This document shows positions 62,035-64,000 of a DNA stretch of 64,000 nt, piece by piece. The notes beneath the pieces are model-generated. The model was not told the origin of the DNA. It worked only from the letters and a program-made list of their open reading frames with translations, and searched no databases. Source of the stretch: Acidimicrobiia bacterium (GTDB lineage Bacteria; Actinomycetota; Acidimicrobiia; Acidimicrobiales; Bin134); NCBI GenBank assembly GCA_022826705.1, contig JAJDUJ010000012.1:18486-82485 (forward strand), given 5' to 3'. The translations under genes were made by a program, and so were the position numbers. The first letter of the stretch is position 1. Each line of letters starts with the position of its first letter.

Positions 62035-62709
62035 CTAATCGTGCAGGCCGCACTCGGTTTTGTCGGTGCCAGCCCAGCGGCCGGAGCGGGGGTCGTTGCC
62101 GGGGGCCACTGGTTTGGTGCAGGGCATGCAGCCGATTGAGGGATAGCCCCGCTCCAACAGAGGATTGAACGGAACCCGGTGCTCGGCCATGTAGTCGTTC
62201 ACCTGCTCGTCGGTCCAGGTGGCGATGGGGTTCAGCTTCACCAGACCCCGCAGGTCGCGCACCACGATGGGGGCCGATGCCCGGGTGACGGCCTCCACCC
62301 GGCGAAGGCCGCTCATCCAGGCCGCCTTGCCGGCGAGCGCCCGGTCGAGTTGGCCGGCCTTGACCGCGGAGCAGCAGTTCTCTGGGTCCATGTTCCAGAG
62401 ATCGGGGTCATGGCGGGCCACGGTCATGAGCCGCAGGTTCAGGCCGTAGTGGCGCCGCACCCGCTCGACCGTCTCCAGCGTCTCGGGGAAATGGAAGCCG
62501 GTGTCGATGAACACCACCTCGATGGCCGGGTCCACTTTCACGGCCAAATCGATCAGCACGGCATCAGTCATCGACGCGGCCAGCGCCAAGTGGGGAGAGA
62601 AGTTGTCCACCCCCCACTGGATGACCTTTTCCGCAGGCAAGTGCTCGAACTCCTCGTTGAGAGCAGCTAGTTCTGCGTCGGTAAACGACGGAACAGTCAG
62701 GTTGGGCAT
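62035..62709 (-). CDS. cysH: APS/PAPS reductase; CC and CxxC pairs indicate the Fe-S APS-reductase type
   Basis: DTGFHFPET, ENCC, GYPSIGCMPCT, RSGRW..KTECGLH. Confidence 0.94.
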   Translation of the reverse strand: MPNLTVPSFTDAELAALNEEFEHLPAEKVIQWGVDNFSPHLALAASMTDAVLIDLAVKVDPAIEVVFIDTGFHFPETLETVERVRRHYGLNLRLMTVARHDPDLWNMDPENCCSAVKAGQLDRALAGKAAWMSGLRRVEAVTRASAPIVVRDLRGLVKLNPIATWTDEQVNDYMAEHRVPFNPLLERGYPSIGCMPCTKPVAPGNDPRSGRWAGTDKTECGLHD

Positions 62710-62746
62710 TCAGAGTCGCCAATCGGGGTGCAGGTTGCGGAAGAGC

Positions 62747-64000
62747 TCAGGTGGCGCATTCCGAGTCGCCGATCACCGCTTCGTAGGGGCCAGTCTCGTC
62801 GTAATCGACGTAGAACTCGGGTCCGTCGTCGGGCAAGGGGAACTCGTCCAAGTCGGTCAGCGTCTTGCCCACCTCACGGGATCCGCCCTTGCGCTCCAGC
62901 CAGTGGCGGAACTCTTCCCCGGCTTCCCTCTCGGCGGTGAATTGGCGCACCACCCGCACCACCGCTTCGGGAGCATTGCGGGCGGGAAGACGCAGGGCCT
63001 TGGTGCCGAAGTGGATCTGCGAGTCGCCCACATAGCCGCCGAGCAGCATCTGGTAGCCCGGCGCAGAGCGGCCGTGAGCCCGGCGTTCGGCCCCGAAGAA
63101 TCCGATGTCGGAGGCGTGGTGCTGGCCGCACGAGTTGGTGCAGCCGGAGATGTTGATCCGCAAACCGCCCACCTCGGCCAAACCCTCTTCGTCTAGGCGA
63201 TTGCCGATGGCATCGGCCAACCCCCGCGATTGGGTGACGGCCAGGTTGCAGGTGTCGGCGCCGGGGCAGGCCACCACGTCTCGCAGCAGCTCGGCACCGG
63301 CCTCGGCCATGCCGATGGCCGACAGCGCCTCGAAGAGCCGGGGCAGCTGGTGCTCGCTCAAGTCGCGGAAGACGATGTTCTGGCGATTGGTCACCCGGCA
63401 CTCTGCACCTAGCTCCCGCTGGATGTCGGCCAGGGAGTCGAATTGGTCGGCGGTGATGTCGCCCAGCCGAGCCCAGGCATAAGCCGACACCGTGCCCTTG
63501 GCCGCGCCCCGCACCACATTGGCCTGCTCCCACTTCTCGTAGGGTGCCCGGCCGCCGATGGACACCGGAACCCCTTGGCCCACCGGGGTGGCCTCCACCT
63601 CGGCATGGCGCCCGGCGGGGGCGTCGCCGTGGACCTTCACCAGGTCGGGGATGCCGCCGGGCCAACTTGAGGAGGCCAGCAGGAACTTGCGCTCCCGGAA
63701 GATGCGGCGCTGAAGCTCCTCGAAGCCCAGTTTCTCCACCAGCCACTTCATGCGGGCCCGCAGCTTGTTATCGCGGTAGCCGTCGTGGTCGAACACCCGC
63801 AGGCAGGCTTCGATGGTGGGAAGCAGATCTTCTCGGGAGGTGAAGTCTTCCAGAGCCAGCGCGGGGTGGGGGTTGGCCCCCAGGCCGCCGGCCACGAACA
63901 CCCGGAACCCGGCCTCCACGCCGCCATCCACCTCCCGGGTGGCGGCAATGATGCCCACGTCGTTGAACATGGCCTGGCCGCAGTCGGTGGCGCAGCCCGA
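62747..64000 (-). CDS. Ferredoxin-type sulfite/nitrite reductase, C-terminal part (truncated by window end)
   Basis: ACPGADTC, SGCTNSCGQH siroheme/4Fe-4S motifs; adjacent to cysH. Confidence 0.92.
   Translation of the reverse strand, partial: SGCATDCGQAMFNDVGIIAATREVDGGVEAGFRVFVAGGLGANPHPALALEDFTSREDLLPTIEACLRVFDHDGYRDNKLRARMKWLVEKLGFEELQRRIFRERKFLLASSSWPGGIPDLVKVHGDAPAGRHAEVEATPVGQGVPVSIGGRAPYEKWEQANVVRGAAKGTVSAYAWARLGDITADQFDSLADIQRELGAECRVTNRQNIVFRDLSEHQLPRLFEALSAIGMAEAGAELLRDVVACPGADTCNLAVTQSRGLADAIGNRLDEEGLAEVGGLRINISGCTNSCGQHHASDIGFFGAERRAHGRSAPGYQMLLGGYVGDSQIHFGTKALRLPARNAPEAVVRVVRQFTAEREAGEEFRHWLERKGGSREVGKTLTDLDEFPLPDDGPEFYVDYDETGPYEAVIGDSECAT

Overview
High-GC actinobacterial chromosome segment. 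Gene order and content suggest Acidimicrobiia, and the FN3, RCC1, sulfotransferase and P450 enrichment fits a sponge or other host-associated lineage; both are inferences. The core block (about 22.0-46.1 kb) is tRNA-Gly, tig-clpP-clpX-folC-ndk-mreBCD-mrdA-rodA-radical SAM pair-rne-rplU-rpmA-obgE-proB-(murJ)-proA-MoxR/vWA. On the left, a 3.4-kb segment (PIN TA pair, LLM oxidoreductase, DUF1971-like cupin, SDR) is bracketed by a duplicated 3' end of a CoA-ester lyase gene. An accessory island follows (about 5.8-15.6 kb) with a ParB-like remnant, a complete IS3 element, five small two-helix membrane ORFs and a decayed RCC1/HExxH gene. It also carries a secreted FN3-repeat protein with a low-GC bacteriocin-like module, a poly-C frameshift and a strongly structured leader. 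This is the best candidate for an undescribed system (a putative switchable toxin with an immunity-gene array). On the right are an RCC1 lipoprotein, a DUF222-HNH gene with a PafBC/RecA-NDp-type promoter, a defence cluster (RelE-like TA, McrBC, PLD-domain protein) and a P450/sulfotransferase/acyl-CoA ligase cluster next to cysH and sulfite reductase. Short tandem duplications recur at gene boundaries. No CRISPR array, rRNA or integrase was seen. All product calls come from reading motifs by eye; no database search was run.
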